A stretch of DNA of 64,000 bases. Origin: the human T2T-CHM13v2.0 reference genome, Homo sapiens. The stretch lies in the NCBI RefSeq assembly GCF_009914755.1, contig NC_060927.1; one strand, 5' to 3'. The notes under the pieces are model-generated. The model searched no databases and was not told the origin of the DNA. It saw only the letters and a program-made list of their open reading frames with translations. Shown piece by piece: positions 25,480 to 39,300 of the stretch (positions are counted from its first letter, which is position 1; each line of letters starts with the position of its first letter). The position numbers and the translations under genes were made by a program.

Positions 25480-25700
25480 GACGTTTACTTTTACTCTCTA
25501 ACAGCACTTTATAAGTGTGAATTCATCTAATCCTAGTAACAGCCTAGGAGGTCACTTTTATTGTTGTTCCATTTTATAGATGAGGTAACTGAAGCACAGG
25601 GAAGTAAGTAACTTGCGCAGGGTTATGCAGCAGAGCAGAGACTCACACCCAGATACTCTAACTCCAGACTCTGCATTCTTAACCATGAGGCTAGGCTGTG
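25480..25700 (-). mobile_element. MIR
   Basis: CCATTTTATAGATGAGGTAACTGAAGCACAGGGAAGTAAGTAACTTGC. Confidence 0.8.
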
Positions 25701-26129
25701 CCCCTATATTAACAAGAAGTGTTTGCTTCCAGCTTCAACAAAAAATCCAGCCACATCATTTGCCCTGGAAACATTAGTGGGAATTTTTAAAAATATTTAT
25801 GGATGCCCCACACTTGCACCACAGGGGCAGGCAGCTTGCAGTAGGGTGTAGCATGTGGAATCCTTCAATCAGCAAAGTTCTAATTATTTCAGGATATAGC
25901 CCTCGTGCTGCTGAGAGTTGATGGCTGGGGCCTCTGAGGGGGCAGCCCAAGGGTGGTTCCTGGGAAAGATCCATATGACTATCTTAATTTTTTATTACAG
26001 AAATTACCAAACATTCACAAAAATTTTTTTTAAAAAAAGATCATTTTTAGTTTAGAACTGATTTCTTTACATAGTAAGCAACTAGAGAGCTTTCCACTCA
26101 CAAGGTTAGAAGGAAAACAAGGTAAATCC

Positions 26130-26870
26130 CAGCAGATTCCAATCCCAACCAGGCCTCCCACCTCCACTGCTGGACCTCAACCCAAGCCAACAGCACCTTT
26201 GCCTGGAAAAGGCTGTAACTTCCTTACGGGTCTCCTGGTTCCATTCTTGCTGCACTAAACTCTGTTCTCCATAAAGCAGCCACAGTGAGCCTTATAAAGT
26301 AAACACCAGATTACATGACACCCCTACTGAAAACCCTCCAGTGGCTTCCCATCACACAAGAATCAAATCCAAACTCTTTGCCATGGCCCACAAACCCTGA
26401 GAGATCAACCCCCAGCCCATTTCCTCAACCTCATCCTCCACCAGCTCCCTTTATTCTCTCGGTCCCAGACAGCAGGCTTTCGATTCCTAACAGGCCAACT
26501 CCTTTTGATCCTCAGGGCTTTTACACTTGCTGTTGCCCTACCTTAAACCCTTTTTCCCCAAAATCGTGACATGACTGGCTCCTTGTCATCATTCAAGGCT
26601 CAGCCCGAAAAACACTTCCCCAGAGAGCCTTCCTTGGTTGCCCCTTTAAAGCACTCCTCTTGACACATTCCATCCATGTTCTGTGATCATAGCACTTGTC
26701 ACTCGCTTACACACATCTTCATTTGGTTGTTCATTGTCTCTCTCCCCTAGCTAGGATGTAAATTCCATGAAAGCAGGGACTTTGTCATGATCACAACTGT
26801 TTTTCCAGTCTCTGAAAGGTGCCCAGCCCCAACAGGTGTTTAATCAGTGTGTCAAATGAACTAATAGTGA
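26130..26870 (+). mobile_element. L2a 3' region
   Basis: AAAACCCTCCAGTGGCTTCCCATCACAC; CTCAGGGCTTTTACACTTGCTGTT; GATGTAAATTCCATGAAAGCAGGGACTTTGTC. Confidence 0.85.
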
Positions 26871-27117
26871 GTGATAAAAATAAAATACGCAGTAAGGATA
26901 ACACCCACCCAATGTCTGACAGTCTTGGAGTCCTTTTCCTAAGTCGTAGGATCACTGTGGATATGTTCTGTGCTTTCATCTCTGAATGGAGTAAGAAGTC
27001 TCCAGATCTAAGTGACATACAACCAGAGTGCTACATACTCAGAAAAGCAAAGTGAGTTGGGGAACTAAGAGGTGCCTATCATTTTGTCTGCACTGAATCT
27101 TCAGATTGGAAAGAGGA

Positions 27118-27360
27118 TGTGACAGATAGACCCTCTTGCTATTCATTCCTTGGTGTAATTCCCTCCCCTTGAGTGTGGGTAAGACCTGTGACTTGCTTCT
27201 AACCAGTGACAAAGGTGAATATGGCAAATCTCACTCCCATGATGACCTAAGTTGAGCCCAGACTTCAAGTCCACAGAAACAGTGAGGTAATAAACATGTG
27301 TGTTGTTTTAAGCCACTAAGTATGTGGTATATTATTACACAGCAATATAAAACTAATTCA
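27118..27360 (+). mobile_element. MLT1E/F-like LTR, short (internally deleted)
   Basis: TG...CA termini, TSD GAGGA at 27113-27117 and 27361-27365; CCCTCCCCTTGAGTGTGGG..GACCTGTGACTTGCTTCTAACC. Confidence 0.8.
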
Positions 27361-28679
27361 GAGGAGATTTAAATCATTTATTCATTTACAGAAAGGAAGG
27401 TCCCCTCACTAAAGATGTCTGCACTAAGGCCAAGACAAAAGCAATTAGAATTTATACAGCCTTACCTATATTTCCCTATCAAGAAAATAAAGAGCATGAT
27501 ATGTTGATTTATCATTTCAAAGAAAGTCAAGGAATGTTAACAATGCCCAGTATGGTTGTGTTGTCCCTGGAAGTTGGCATTAAATTAGGCAAAAAGTCCT
27601 TGTGTACTTCTCTTCTGGGGCAGCAGGAAAAGAGAGTCAGGAGACTTGCTCCACTTCCCAGCTAGCCTTAGGGAAAGAAAGCTTCAAAGTATGGGGTATA
27701 TAGTGGTAGCTACTGAGAAGAGAATAAGAGAACACGGTGGGTTGAGACCTTAGTGTTCGTGGGAAAATGAAGAAAGAAAAAAAGTCTGTTGTGCACAACA
27801 TGGGCACTAAATGTAAAGGGGGTGCCTAGCAATAAAGGAGCCACTGGTAGATCCCAGTGTAGTAGCTACCTTATCTCTCTCTTTGTGTCTGTCTCTGAGA
27901 ATCAGCTAAAAACATCTTCAGACCACTAACTTGACTCAGACGTGAACTTAAGGGCATCCTTGGGCACCCATAACCTTGGTCTCTCAGGCACTTCAGTCCA
28001 GTGATTGAGTGGGGCTCAATGGATGTCATACAATGATTCTGAACAATGCTAGTACTGGGGTGAATTCTGAGAGTGGGTTAGGTTTTAGGTTCAACCATTT
28101 CCCAAACTCCTGGGTAAGCTTAAAGACATACTTGTTATGGCCACATAGTAACCATTTTCATTCTTCACAAGTCATTAAAATCAGTGTCTTATGATGGCTG
28201 CCCTAAGCACCAAACATATTTTTGAAGTGAAAGTACAAAGATGTAATACAGATGCAAAAAAAAAAAAATACCCATCAGAGAATAGAGCCAGGGGACCCAT
28301 ATACATCCTAGGATATTATTTTCATGTCTACTGGTCATCTTTGTTCTAAAGATGGAGTGTTTTCCTCCTGGAGGTTATGACTCAGTTGCCTGGGTTATAA
28401 GCAGTCTGTCTGTTGGGCATACCCATGCCACACCTTGGATTCTAGCACTGTCCAGGAGCAAAAAGGGGAACACAGGTCAAGGTGCTAGAGAACAGGAGAA
28501 GGAGGAGCTCTCTGAGGGAAGTAAGTGAGGGGCTCAGAGTTAAAAGAGAGATAAGTGACCAAGAGAGGCAAAAGGCTTGGACCAGGATTGGCATAAAGTT
28601 AAAGGTGAGAGTTAGACAAAGCTTAGGTAAGACCACAACTAATGTAAGCTTGTCTTCAGTAGTAATCATTTCCCTTGAG

Positions 28680-28868
28680 ATGTGGCTCTCAAAGTGTAGT
28701 TCCTATATGAACAGCATGAGCATTACTAAGAAATTTGTTAAAAGCACAAATTCTTACGCCATACTCCAGATCTACTGCATCAGAAATTCTGGAGGTGGGG
28801 CCCAGCAATCTTTGTTAACAAGCCCTCCACATGATTCTGATACATGCTAGAGTTTGATAGCTATTACT
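28680..28868. mobile_element. MER5A
   Basis: CTCTCAAAGTGTAGTTCC...CATCAGAAATTCTGGAGGTGGGGCCCAGCAATCT..TTAACAAGCCCTCCA. Confidence 0.85.
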
Positions 28869-29044
28869 CTTGGGTATCTAGTGCCCTCTCATTGTCTCCA
28901 GGTGTCCAAATTGCTGCCCTATCTAGAGATACCTGGGTTTTGCCTATATTCTTCTCACCTTCCCCCGTGGAATCCTATGAGTTCAATCTGCCAGGCCCTT
29001 CCATCCCTACTTTCCCTGGACTAAGCCACGTAATTCATGCTTAG

Positions 29045-29462
29045 CTGTTAACAGTTGGCATAAATTGAATTTTCAGCCCCAGTTATTTACCCTTCCCTGT
29101 ATCTGCCACTGTTTGCCATGAAGCCATGCAGTTCCTCCACAAAGGCAGAATGTATGGCCCAAGCCCTTCTCTTTGGGCTTGGTCATGTGACTTGCTTCGG
29201 CCAACAGGATGATAGCAGATGTGATTCAAGGGCTTGAAATGTGCTGTGCAGTTGAGCTTACTCTCCTCTACTTGGCCATCCCCATGAGATGGGCTCCACC
29301 AGGGATATGTTGCCCCCACGGCCTGATCCCAGAATAAACACATGTGGATTAGAGCCAACCCAGACAGCTAAGCCAATGCACAGATATGTAAGCAAAACAT
29401 ACACTCATTGTTGTATACCATAAGATTCTGGGGTTTTTGTTACCTAGCAATAGCTGATCACA
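29045..29462 (+). mobile_element. MLT1 (I/J-like) LTR
   Basis: TTTGGGCTTGGTCATGTGACTTGCTTCGGCCAA; 3' TTTGTTACCTAGCAATAGCTGA. Confidence 0.7.
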
Positions 29463-30574
29463 GCACATTGAGCATCCACTAGTTTCAGTGCTAGCCTTGC
29501 AAGTGATCTATTTCCCCTACAAGATGGGACTGCTGAAATCCTAGTGACTTATGGCAGAGGAAGACTTTGAGGCCCTTTGCTTGGAGATAGTGAGTAATAT
29601 ATCTTAGTGGGGATCAGTTAGGGGGAATGGGGAGCTTTCACTTCTCTGAAGCCAACTGTGATCAGCATTGCCCTGAGAGTCACTCTTGGGTCAGACAATA
29701 AGAAAGACAATGAGGATGGAGTGGGAAACAGGATGGGAAGGAAAGACAAGAATGAATGCACAAAAACAAGGCAACAAGTTAGAGTAAAAAGAAAGTGAAT
29801 AGCAACAAACATCATGTCATATTTCACCCTCACTCACTGCTGCTGGTGGCTCCAAAGGGAGTTTTTAAGTGTCTCAGCTCCAGCCAGACTTGTCTTCATT
29901 TACTCTTGCTTCTGACCATGGCTTCTGACCATGGCTGCCACATGATTTGCCTTTTACTTAGCAAGCCCAGAGGAGTTGCAGCAGTGCCAGGATGAAGAAC
30001 TGCATTCTCTCAGTGGAAGGTGGCTGGGTACTATTTGTATTGAGTGAATTATTCACTCTTGAAGGCAAGCACTCCCATCCAGATTCATACACTGCAATTA
30101 ATTGCTCCTGAAGTGCTTTCTTAGATGGGGTCACAGCAGTGAAATGCCACACATGCTTCCACTCAGCTGCCTGGGAACGCAGACAGCGAGAGAAGCAGTG
30201 TGGGTTACGCGCTAGCCATCCACGACACAACTCGGGCCACGCGGGGAAGACTGAGGTCACTCCTGACCATAGGCACTTGGCTTCCCTACGTGTTGAAAAA
30301 TGCTTGTTATAGACATAGCAGAGTATTCGTCCTATAAGTCAAGGACAAAAGGGGAAATAATTTAGTAAGTACTTTCTGGGTATCCAGATGTACAGATTTC
30401 GGCATTTTTCAGCACTGAAGCAACAGTGCCTGAGATATTTGTAAAATAGCCTCTCTTCCCAACCCCAATTAATTTAGCTGGTCTGTGCCATGTCAGTGTC
30501 ATCTATTCTCCCCCCAGCTCAGGGATCCAGGCTGGCCCCAGCCTCTCAGAAATTAAGGGAGGTGAAGGATAGTG

Positions 30575-31060
30575 CTGTTGGTTGAGCACTTGCTATGTGC
30601 TAGGCATTCTGCCAAGTGATTTACATAAGTTGTGTTAATTCTCCTTCTGACTCTGTGAGGTTGTGTCCTTATGCCCATTTTACAGATAAGAATAGTAAAA
30701 CAGAAGTAAAGCAACTTGCTCGAAGCACACATAGTTGTTAAGTTGAGAGCCAGGGTTGGAATCTAGACTTTCTTAGAAACTGGTGTTTGCACCCTTACCA
30801 TAATACATTACAGGGGCTTGTCCATTTCATCATTAGAAATTTTACTATTAGTTCCTTGGGGGCAGGGAGTGGATCTGCTTTTTCTCTGTGCTAAGTTTAC
30901 ATGCGTTGTCTCATCTAGTCTTCTGAATACCAGCATCATCCACATTTTATAGATGAAAGAAAGTAAAGCTCACAAAGGTTAAATAACTTGTCTAAGACCA
31001 CACAGGTAAACAGTGGTAGAGCCAGGATATGAACACAAGCCTGAATCCCTAATTGTGTTC
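30575..31060 (-). mobile_element. Two MIRs (~30575-30800, ~30890-31060)
   Basis: CCCATTTTACAGATAAG; CATTTTATAGATGAA..GGTTAAATAACTTGTCTAAGACCACACAG. Confidence 0.75.
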
Positions 31061-31664
31061 CCATTCCTTATGTTGTGGGTACCTATGGCCCCATCACACC
31101 AGTTGAAAAGTGGTTACAAGTCAAAAAAGGAATGCTGTAAAAAAATCATGGCTTTCTTAGAGCTGCTATAGACACCCCAGACCTCTTAGAGACACGTGAC
31201 CTGCATCCACAGCAACCTTGAAGCATTAAAAATACTTAGAGAACAAACTCTACCCTCTCGCAAAACTGTGCTGACCCAGCCTTTGGAGCTTACCTTTGGA
31301 AACACCAAGAATGAAAACAATGACAACAATGGATTTGAATAAGCAATCTATAAAAGTAAGTTGCTGCTTGGATAAGAAACAATATTAAAAATATATTCCA
31401 AGGGTCACGTTTCCCCAGCCCTGAAAATATCCGAAAATGGAGATAAGAAAGAAAAATAGGAAAAAAGAAAACAAAACAAAACAAAACAAAAACAGAAAGA
31501 GCCATGTTCTATCATATTCTCCCTTAGTTAATCCCAATGCTCCATAAGCTCAGAGAGACATCAAGGAGTTTCCATGTGGACATATCAGGGGCTCCCAATT
31601 TGAGCTTATATCATAATAAATAAAAGCATTTAAAAATTTTTTTAAACCGCTTTTTCAGTTCTGT

Positions 31665-32177
31665 TTTAGTTGTGCCTGCCTAGCATCTGTCCTCTCTCCT
31701 TCTGGGAGTATCCCCCTGATTTTCCTGGAGGGGAGTGACTCTCTCCCAGTTGGGTCCATGTGGTTTGGGAGCAGGGAGCTCTACTCCCAGTCCCAAGGGA
31801 ACCCTAGACAAGCCAGGGTTCTGCAGTCAGCACATGCCATTTTCTTGGCCACAGTGATCAGTTCAAGGACGGGCTGGCTGCTCAGCAGGGTCCACTCAGA
31901 GGGAGTCTGAGACTTGTGAGGGAGCTCCCAGGAACAGCAGCTCTCCTCTCCTTTCTGCCCCTGGAGGAAGGGGAGGGGCTGGGGAAGGGGAGCCAGTGAG
32001 AAGGGCTCTACCTGGGAGGAAGCTGAGAGAGGGCTGCGGAGACACTGACCCCCATGTGAGACCCTTCCCCAGATGGCCAGGAGTGACCTCAGCTTTCCCT
32101 GTGTGACCAGGGTTGTACCCTGAGAAATGCAGAATTTGGTTGTCTGTCAATGGCAACTGAAAAATCCTAGCTAAAAT
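31665..32177 (+). mobile_element. MLT1 (K/L-like) LTR
   Basis: CTTGGCCACAGTGATCAGTTCAAGGA; 3' TTTGGTTGTCTGTCAATGGCAACTGAAAAATCCTAGCTAA. Confidence 0.55.
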
Positions 32178-32591
32178 AATATTGATGAGTAGAATCCAGA
32201 AGAGAGGCCTAGACAGCCACCCTCTATATTCTGGGGCACTAAACTGCGAAGGTGATATTCACCAAGTGCCTTCTATGCCGCACACCCTGGGCCAACACTT
32301 TTCTTACTTGCTTCTATCCAAGTGTACCCTTTTCCTGGAATCATCTACCTGCTCAACTGCATCCAGTGATCTCCTACTCACCCTGCAATACCCTCTTTCA
32401 CCTCCTCCTCTCAGAGGAAAGTGCCATCTTCTCCTGGCTCCCGCAGCACTCAACCCACAGCTTGTCGACATCTATGTCATACTTCCTTATTTTATATCTG
32501 CCTATATGGTGATTTCTATATTAACAAATTAAGAAATACTCAATGAAAAAAAAAGGTCTTACAATACATGAAGGAATAAGATAGAAAGTGA

Positions 32592-32937
<346 letters not shown>

Positions 32938-33059
32938 TCAGCACTTGGCGTGACTCCATCCAGAAGCTTTTCACTAGACTACACTGAACATCTGTCTGTC
33001 TCAGGACATATGAAACCTCCAAAGACAGAGAATTGGCTTCACTTATTTTTTAGTGGCAG

Positions 33060-33295
33060 TGTGGGGCTGGATGGCCTTGATTAAAATGTTAGCTCAAACA
33101 CTGACCAGCTTGTGGCATGGGAAGAGTTAATTAAGCTCTGTGACTCAGTTTCCTCATCCATAAAATGGGGCTTATAATCGCCATCTATCTTACCAGCTTC
33201 TTGTGGACATTAAATATGTTAATATATTTAAAACACTTTGACCAGGGCCTGGTACACAGTAAGTGCAATATAAATGGTTGCTATTACTAATATTA
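33060..33295 (+). mobile_element. MIR
   Basis: CTCAGTTTCCTCATCCATAAAATGGGG...GCCTGGTACACAGTAAGTGC. Confidence 0.85.
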
Positions 33296-33583
33296 GTCTA
33301 TATCTTCAGTCTCTAGTCCTAAACAAAAGTGCTGACTGAATGAATATGAGTTTCTGTTGATCTGTACAACCTCAAGTGTGCGTGTAGCCAGATAACCCCC
33401 TCATATTCCCACCTATTGTCCCCACGCAGGCTTCTAACACTGACATTCCCTCCTCTTAGCAAGCACCACCTTCATTACCACCACTGCTTACAAGCTCTTA
33501 TTATGTGCCAAAGTCTACTGCAAAAGACTGTTATGTATCTTCTCTCATTTTATCCTCTCAATATTTCCATTTTTAAAAAAGTA

Positions 33584-34074
33584 TTCACCCATGTTCATAG
33601 CAGCACTATTCACAGTAGCCAAATGGTGAAAACAATCCATGTACCCATCACCAGAAGAATGGAGAAACACAATATGGTCTGTCCACACAATGCAATATTA
33701 GCAGTCTTAGGAAAAAGGAAATTCTGCCACATGCTATAATGTGGAAGAACCTTGAGGACATTATGCTAAGTGAAATAAGCCAGCCACGAAAGGATATATA
33801 TGGTATGATTCCACTTATATGAGGTGCTTAGCACAGCCAAATTCATAAAGACAGAAGGTAGAATGGTTATTGCCAGGGGCAGCAGGGAGAGGGAATGAAG
33901 GATTGGTTTTTAATGGGTACAGAGTTTCAGTCTGGCAAGATATAAAAGTTGTAGAGATGGATGGTGATGATGGTTGCACAACAACGTTAATGTATTTAAT
34001 GCCACTAAATGGTATTCCTAGAAATGGTTAAATGCTAAGTTTTATGCTCTGTGTATTTTATTACAATTTAAAAA
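33584..34074 (+). mobile_element. L1MB-like 3' end inserted into a reverse MIR
   Basis: GAACCTTGAGGACATTATGCTAAGTGAAATAAGCCAG; AAAAAGTA on both flanks after TT. Confidence 0.85.
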
Positions 34075-36334
34075 GTACTATGATTATCTCATTTTCCAGT
34101 TGAGGAAACAGAAGTTCAGAAAGGTTAAGTCACCCTCAAATCCAAGGCCACAAGGCTGGTCAGTGGCAGAGCTCAGGTGAAAATGCACACCTGCCTGGCC
34201 TGCCCTGTGCCACCCTCAACTGCCCTTCAGATCTTCTCCATGCTCCTTTTTCAGATCATCCTCCATGATCCTGCCTCTCACACCCTTCAAGGCCACTAGC
34301 AGGGCTATCCCAGGTGCAAGCCATTCAGTGTGGCCTGTCTGACTTGACTTGCTCAACCCTGTTGAGATCTAGGTCACATTTCATGAAATGTGTGGTCTTC
34401 GGCCGTTTCAGTGGTTAGCAAATTCTGGTTGAGAGAAACAGGCCTTGCTCCTAGACATTATTTGGTTCAACAAAAAGAAATCCTGGAGCACCACCAGCCC
34501 TAAACACAGAAACAAGTCTCCAACAAGGTGTTTTCTTTTGGCCCAAGGACCAGAATAGCATATGTTGCATCAGAGTGTTCCAATGTTCAGATGGGCCTGA
34601 TCTTGCAAGCTTTGGGTTCCACATCTAACTCTGTCAATCACTGTGGGGACCCACCCTCCTCATTCCAGGGAGTCTCCCAACTTCATTGTACCTCTGTTAT
34701 CTCTCTTGTCATGAAGGATCCACAAGAACAACTCATCTGTTCCATAGAAGCTCTTGGAGGTCTAACAAAGAAATCAGAGAGATCTTCCATCTGGGAAAAG
34801 ACAAGCTCTTCCAACCCAAAAGAACAAATATTCTCTTCTGCCCCCTCTCACTTTTTCTCTTCAGTGGTCTCCATTCCCAGTCCTCTGGGGTGGATGGGCA
34901 GGGGTGTGCTCATTATCTAGCTCCCAGCAAATATTGTCAATAACACGTCACTCATCCATTCCATGGTCTATGTGACAGGCACTGGACCTGGCTGCAGGAC
35001 TATAACAGTGACCCAAAGAGGCTCAGTCCCTGTCTTCAGTGAGCTCATGGCCCCCTGAGCTTATCACAAAAGAGCCTCCATTTCCTCATCTATAATATGG
35101 GAATGAGAACAGTCCCTACCACAGAATATTTTTTCAGGGATTCAAAGACAATGCATGTGAGATGATGATGATGATGACGACGAAACATTGCCATGTGCCA
35201 GGAACTGTTAGAAGCCCTTTAATTCACTTGATTCATTCATCAAACTTATGAGACAGTTTTTATCATTTGTCTCATTCTACAGATGAAAAAATTGAGGCAC
35301 AACGAGTTCATGATTAACTAAAGAAAATAGAAGGACAGAGTTGGGATCTGAACTCTAGAAATCAAGATCCTGAGTCTGTTTTTCTAACCTCTGCTCTAAG
35401 CCTGACTCATTGTACACTGTAAGCATGGCAGTTGCAAGACGATTGACATGAGTTGAGGGGGCTTCAAACACAAGCCCAGGCACACACAGGATTATCCTGC
35501 TCACTGTCCTCTCCCAGCCTGGCCTTGACTCTTTGTTTCTGGGATGAGTTAGTTTCAAATTTATAACCCATAGTTATTCATTTTATAATGACCTAAATTA
35601 GAATATATGCAGAAAGTGAAAGCAGTAATCAAGAAAAAAAAAAAAAACGAGAAACATGGAACTGGAACCAAGAAAATCCTGTCCACCAGGAGCCTCCTCC
35701 ACCTCCATCACTTACTTTGTCTTTGGAGCTGTTACTTCTATTTGAAATTATCTTGTTTATTGATTTATTTGCATGTTTACAAGATATCTCTCCCTTCCAG
35801 AAGAACCACAGGGATGTTACCTGTCTTATTCATCAGTGGATGTTACCTGTCTTATTCATCAGTGGATTCCCATAGTCCACACAGCGACTGCCATATGTGG
35901 TTAAGGAAGCTAAGACCATGAAAATCTGACAACCCAAGTTCTCAGGGCTAGCAAAGAGTAAAGCCAGAGTTAGAACTGGTTTCTATTTCTGCAATTGCAT
36001 AATAAATAGACTATCTGTCCAGTATCTACTTATTCCTCTAATCTGATTATTTAGATTGTCAGAGTAATGTCCACATGCCAGGCCCTAGACCTAGGGACAG
36101 GAGATAACCAGGTAGACATAATTTCTCAATGACTTGCCACCAGACAGGACAGATAATGAGGCAAGCAGTTCGTTATGACCCAGTCTGAACAATGTAGCCA
36201 GTGCCTACTTCCCGGGATCACCCTGGAATTGAAGGACAGAGTATATGAAAGTATGTCCCCACCTCCAAATTCAGACTGTGCTGTGGGCTTTATGTGCATC
36301 ATTTCTAACCTGTCCTCAGCCCTGCAAAGTGGAT

Positions 36335-36853
36335 TGTCCTGGTGATTGATTGTTGTATAACAAAACCCTAAAATAAAAATATTGGCTTAAAAATTCCCAT
36401 CGTTTATTTTGCATATGAATCTGGAGGTTGACTGGGCTCAGCTGGGCAGTTTCTGCTCAGGGCCCTCATGTGGGTGCAGTTGGATGGTGACTGAGATAGG
36501 GTCATCTCAATGGTGTATTCACTCATGTGTCTAGATGTTGTGCTGGGAAGTCTCCACAACTGGGGCTGGAAGAGCGGGAGCTTCTTGTCCATCTTTCATC
36601 CTCTGTGTTTTCTTTTTACATGGGGTCTCCACCTGAGAGCCTCAGAGTCCTGGGTTTCTTACACCATGGCTAAAGGCCCCAGAGTGCAAAGTTGCATGGC
36701 CTTTTCTAACTTGGCCTTGGGTGCCATGCAGCATCACTTCATCCCATTCTGTTCTTTGAAGCAGCCACAAAGGCCCCCCACAAAGGGAGGAGACATTGAT
36801 GTCACTTCTTAATAGGAGGAAAGAATTTGCAGACATATTTTAAAAGTACTACC
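36335..36853 (-). mobile_element. MLT1G/H-like LTR
   Basis: GGTTGACTGGGCTCAGCTGGGCAGTTTCTGCT; CAGCATCACTTC; GAAAGAATTTGCAGACATATTTTAAAA. Confidence 0.7.
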
Positions 36854-37067
36854 TGGATATTAGCCCCCATTTTAATAATGGGAAAACTGAAGCTCAGAGA
36901 GGTTAAGGAACTTGGTCAAGGTCCCCAGAGCCAGTAAAAGGCATTAAACTCAAGTCTATCTGACATCTACGAGCACCACCTGCCCAGTGTGCCTGAAGCA
37001 TTGTAGGTGCTCAATAAATGTTTGTTGAATGAACAAAAAAATGAGAGCCGTCATGATGAGCATTCTT

Positions 37068-37375
<308 letters not shown>

Positions 37376-37503
37376 ATGATGAGCATTCTTAATTTTCCCT
37401 TCTGCCATGCTTAATCAATGGCTCCCTGGAAACCACTGCATTCAGGAAATGATAGCCAAGTATCATGGCAATTGACAATCAAGGAAGAATTTTAAAGAAG
37501 CTA

Positions 37504-37572
37504 TTAGGTTGGTGCAAAAGTAATTGTGGTTTTTGCCATTACTAAAACGCAATTACTTTTGCACCAACCTAA
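37504..37572. mobile_element. MADE1 (Hsmar1-derived MITE), internally deleted, TA-flanked
   Basis: TIRs TTAGGTTGGTGCAAAAGTAATTG / CAATTACTTTTGCACCAACCTAA with TA on both sides. Confidence 0.96.
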
Positions 37573-38149
37573 TAGGACTGTCTTTGTTCACCCCAGGCCT
37601 CCCAAACCCCAAATCAAGTAAGATACTTGGAGCTGCCAGTCAAGACCCAATTATCCAAGACTGTGGAGACCATGCTGTGGACTGGCCAGATGGATTGGAG
37701 GCTGGTGGGGACCATTCCCTCCCCCAGCACACTAGCCACTTTGAAACCTAATGACAAGAAGAGTTAAAAAGTTGGGGACAGGTGCTCTGAGATTTACTGG
37801 GAGAAAATACAGCACAGATGTACAGATGAAGAAACTAAGCCCAAAGACGTAGGGACCATTTCAATGCTCTCCAGCCCATTGGTGCTATGGCAGGGAAAAG
37901 CATCAGCCCTCGCATTGCGGGTCCATAGACGTCTCAGTAGGAAGATAGCATGGACCAGGTATTTAGGATATACACCAAATCAGACAGGCCTGGGAGGAAT
38001 GCTGGCCCTCCATGTATGGCTACATGATCATGACCAAGTCATTTAACTCTAGGACATTCAGTTTCCCCACTGAGAAAATATAGCTATTAATTCTCTTTTT
38101 GGATTAGTAACAAGAACATATGAATAACTCCTATAAAAAAGTCACTAAG

Positions 38150-38510
38150 TGTATTAGTCTGTTCTCATGCTGCTAATAAAGACATACTCAAGACTGGGTA
38201 ATTTATAAAGGAAAGAGGTTTAATGGACTCACATTCCACATGGCTGGGGAGGCCTAACTATCATGGCAGGAGGCAAAGGAAGAGCAAAGGTGCGTCTTAC
38301 ATGGTGGCAGGCAAGAGGTCATGTGCAGGGGAACTTCCTTTATAAAACCATCAGATCTCATGAGACTTATTCATTATCATGAGAACAGCACAGAAAAACC
38401 TGCCCCCGTGATTCAATTACCTTCCACTAGGTCCCTTGCATGACACATGGGGATTATAGGAGCTAGAATTCAAGATGAGATTTGGGCAGGGACATAGCCA
38501 AACCATATCA
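38150..38510 (-). mobile_element. THE1 (THE1B-like) solo LTR
   Basis: TGTATTAG...AACCATATCA; TSD CTAAG at 38145-38149 and 38511-38515. Confidence 0.94.
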
Positions 38511-38529
38511 CTAAGTAAAGCACAACTAA

Positions 38530-39300
38530 AGTAATAGGAAAATGTGGGCAAAAGAAAGGAACAGATAATTCACAAAAGAGGAAACATAGAGCCAAATATA
38601 TATATATGAGTTGTTCAAAATCTTTAATGATCAAGGAAATGCAAATCAATACCACAATTTTTTTAATGTTCATTAGTTTGGAAAAAAATTTAAAACTGAC
38701 AATTCCAAACATTGGACTGACTATAATCTATATATTTCCATAAGCATGTAAATTGGTGCAACCACTTTGGAAAATCAAGATACACAAGAATGTTCAAGGC
38801 CACACTGTTAACAAGAGCAACAGTCTGGTGATAACACAAAAGCCCATTCGAGGAAGAATGAATGAATAAACTGTGGGATATTCCCACAGTAGAATATTTA
38901 AGAGCATATGGCAGATACTTAGAACATAGTAAGAGTCGAAATGGATAAACTACAGAGAAATGCAACAACACAGATGGGTCTCAGCAATGTATTAAGTAAA
39001 GACAACAAGTCCCTAAAATTACCTAAAGTGTGATCACCTTTTATATAAATTTTAAAACAACTAGAATGTAATAGACACATGTATTTATGAGTATGTATAG
39101 GTGAAATAAAGTTATATAAAAAGGAAAGGTGGGGGTGACGGACATGAGACTCAGGACAATAGTATGATGGGGGGGCAGGGATGAGATGAGGGAAGAGCCC
39201 TACACTTTACAGGTAAGTTATTGTCAAAGTCTGAGATTTTGTTTTAAATTTGAGGTCATGAGTATTCATTACATGATTCAAATATGAAATTTTTAGTATG
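38530..39300 (+). mobile_element. Old L1M (L1ME/MD-like) 3' region
   Basis: GGGCAAAAGAAAGGAACAGATAATTCACAAAAGAGG; TGTAAATTGGTGCAACCACTTTGGAAAA; GAATAAACTGTGG. Confidence 0.75.
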
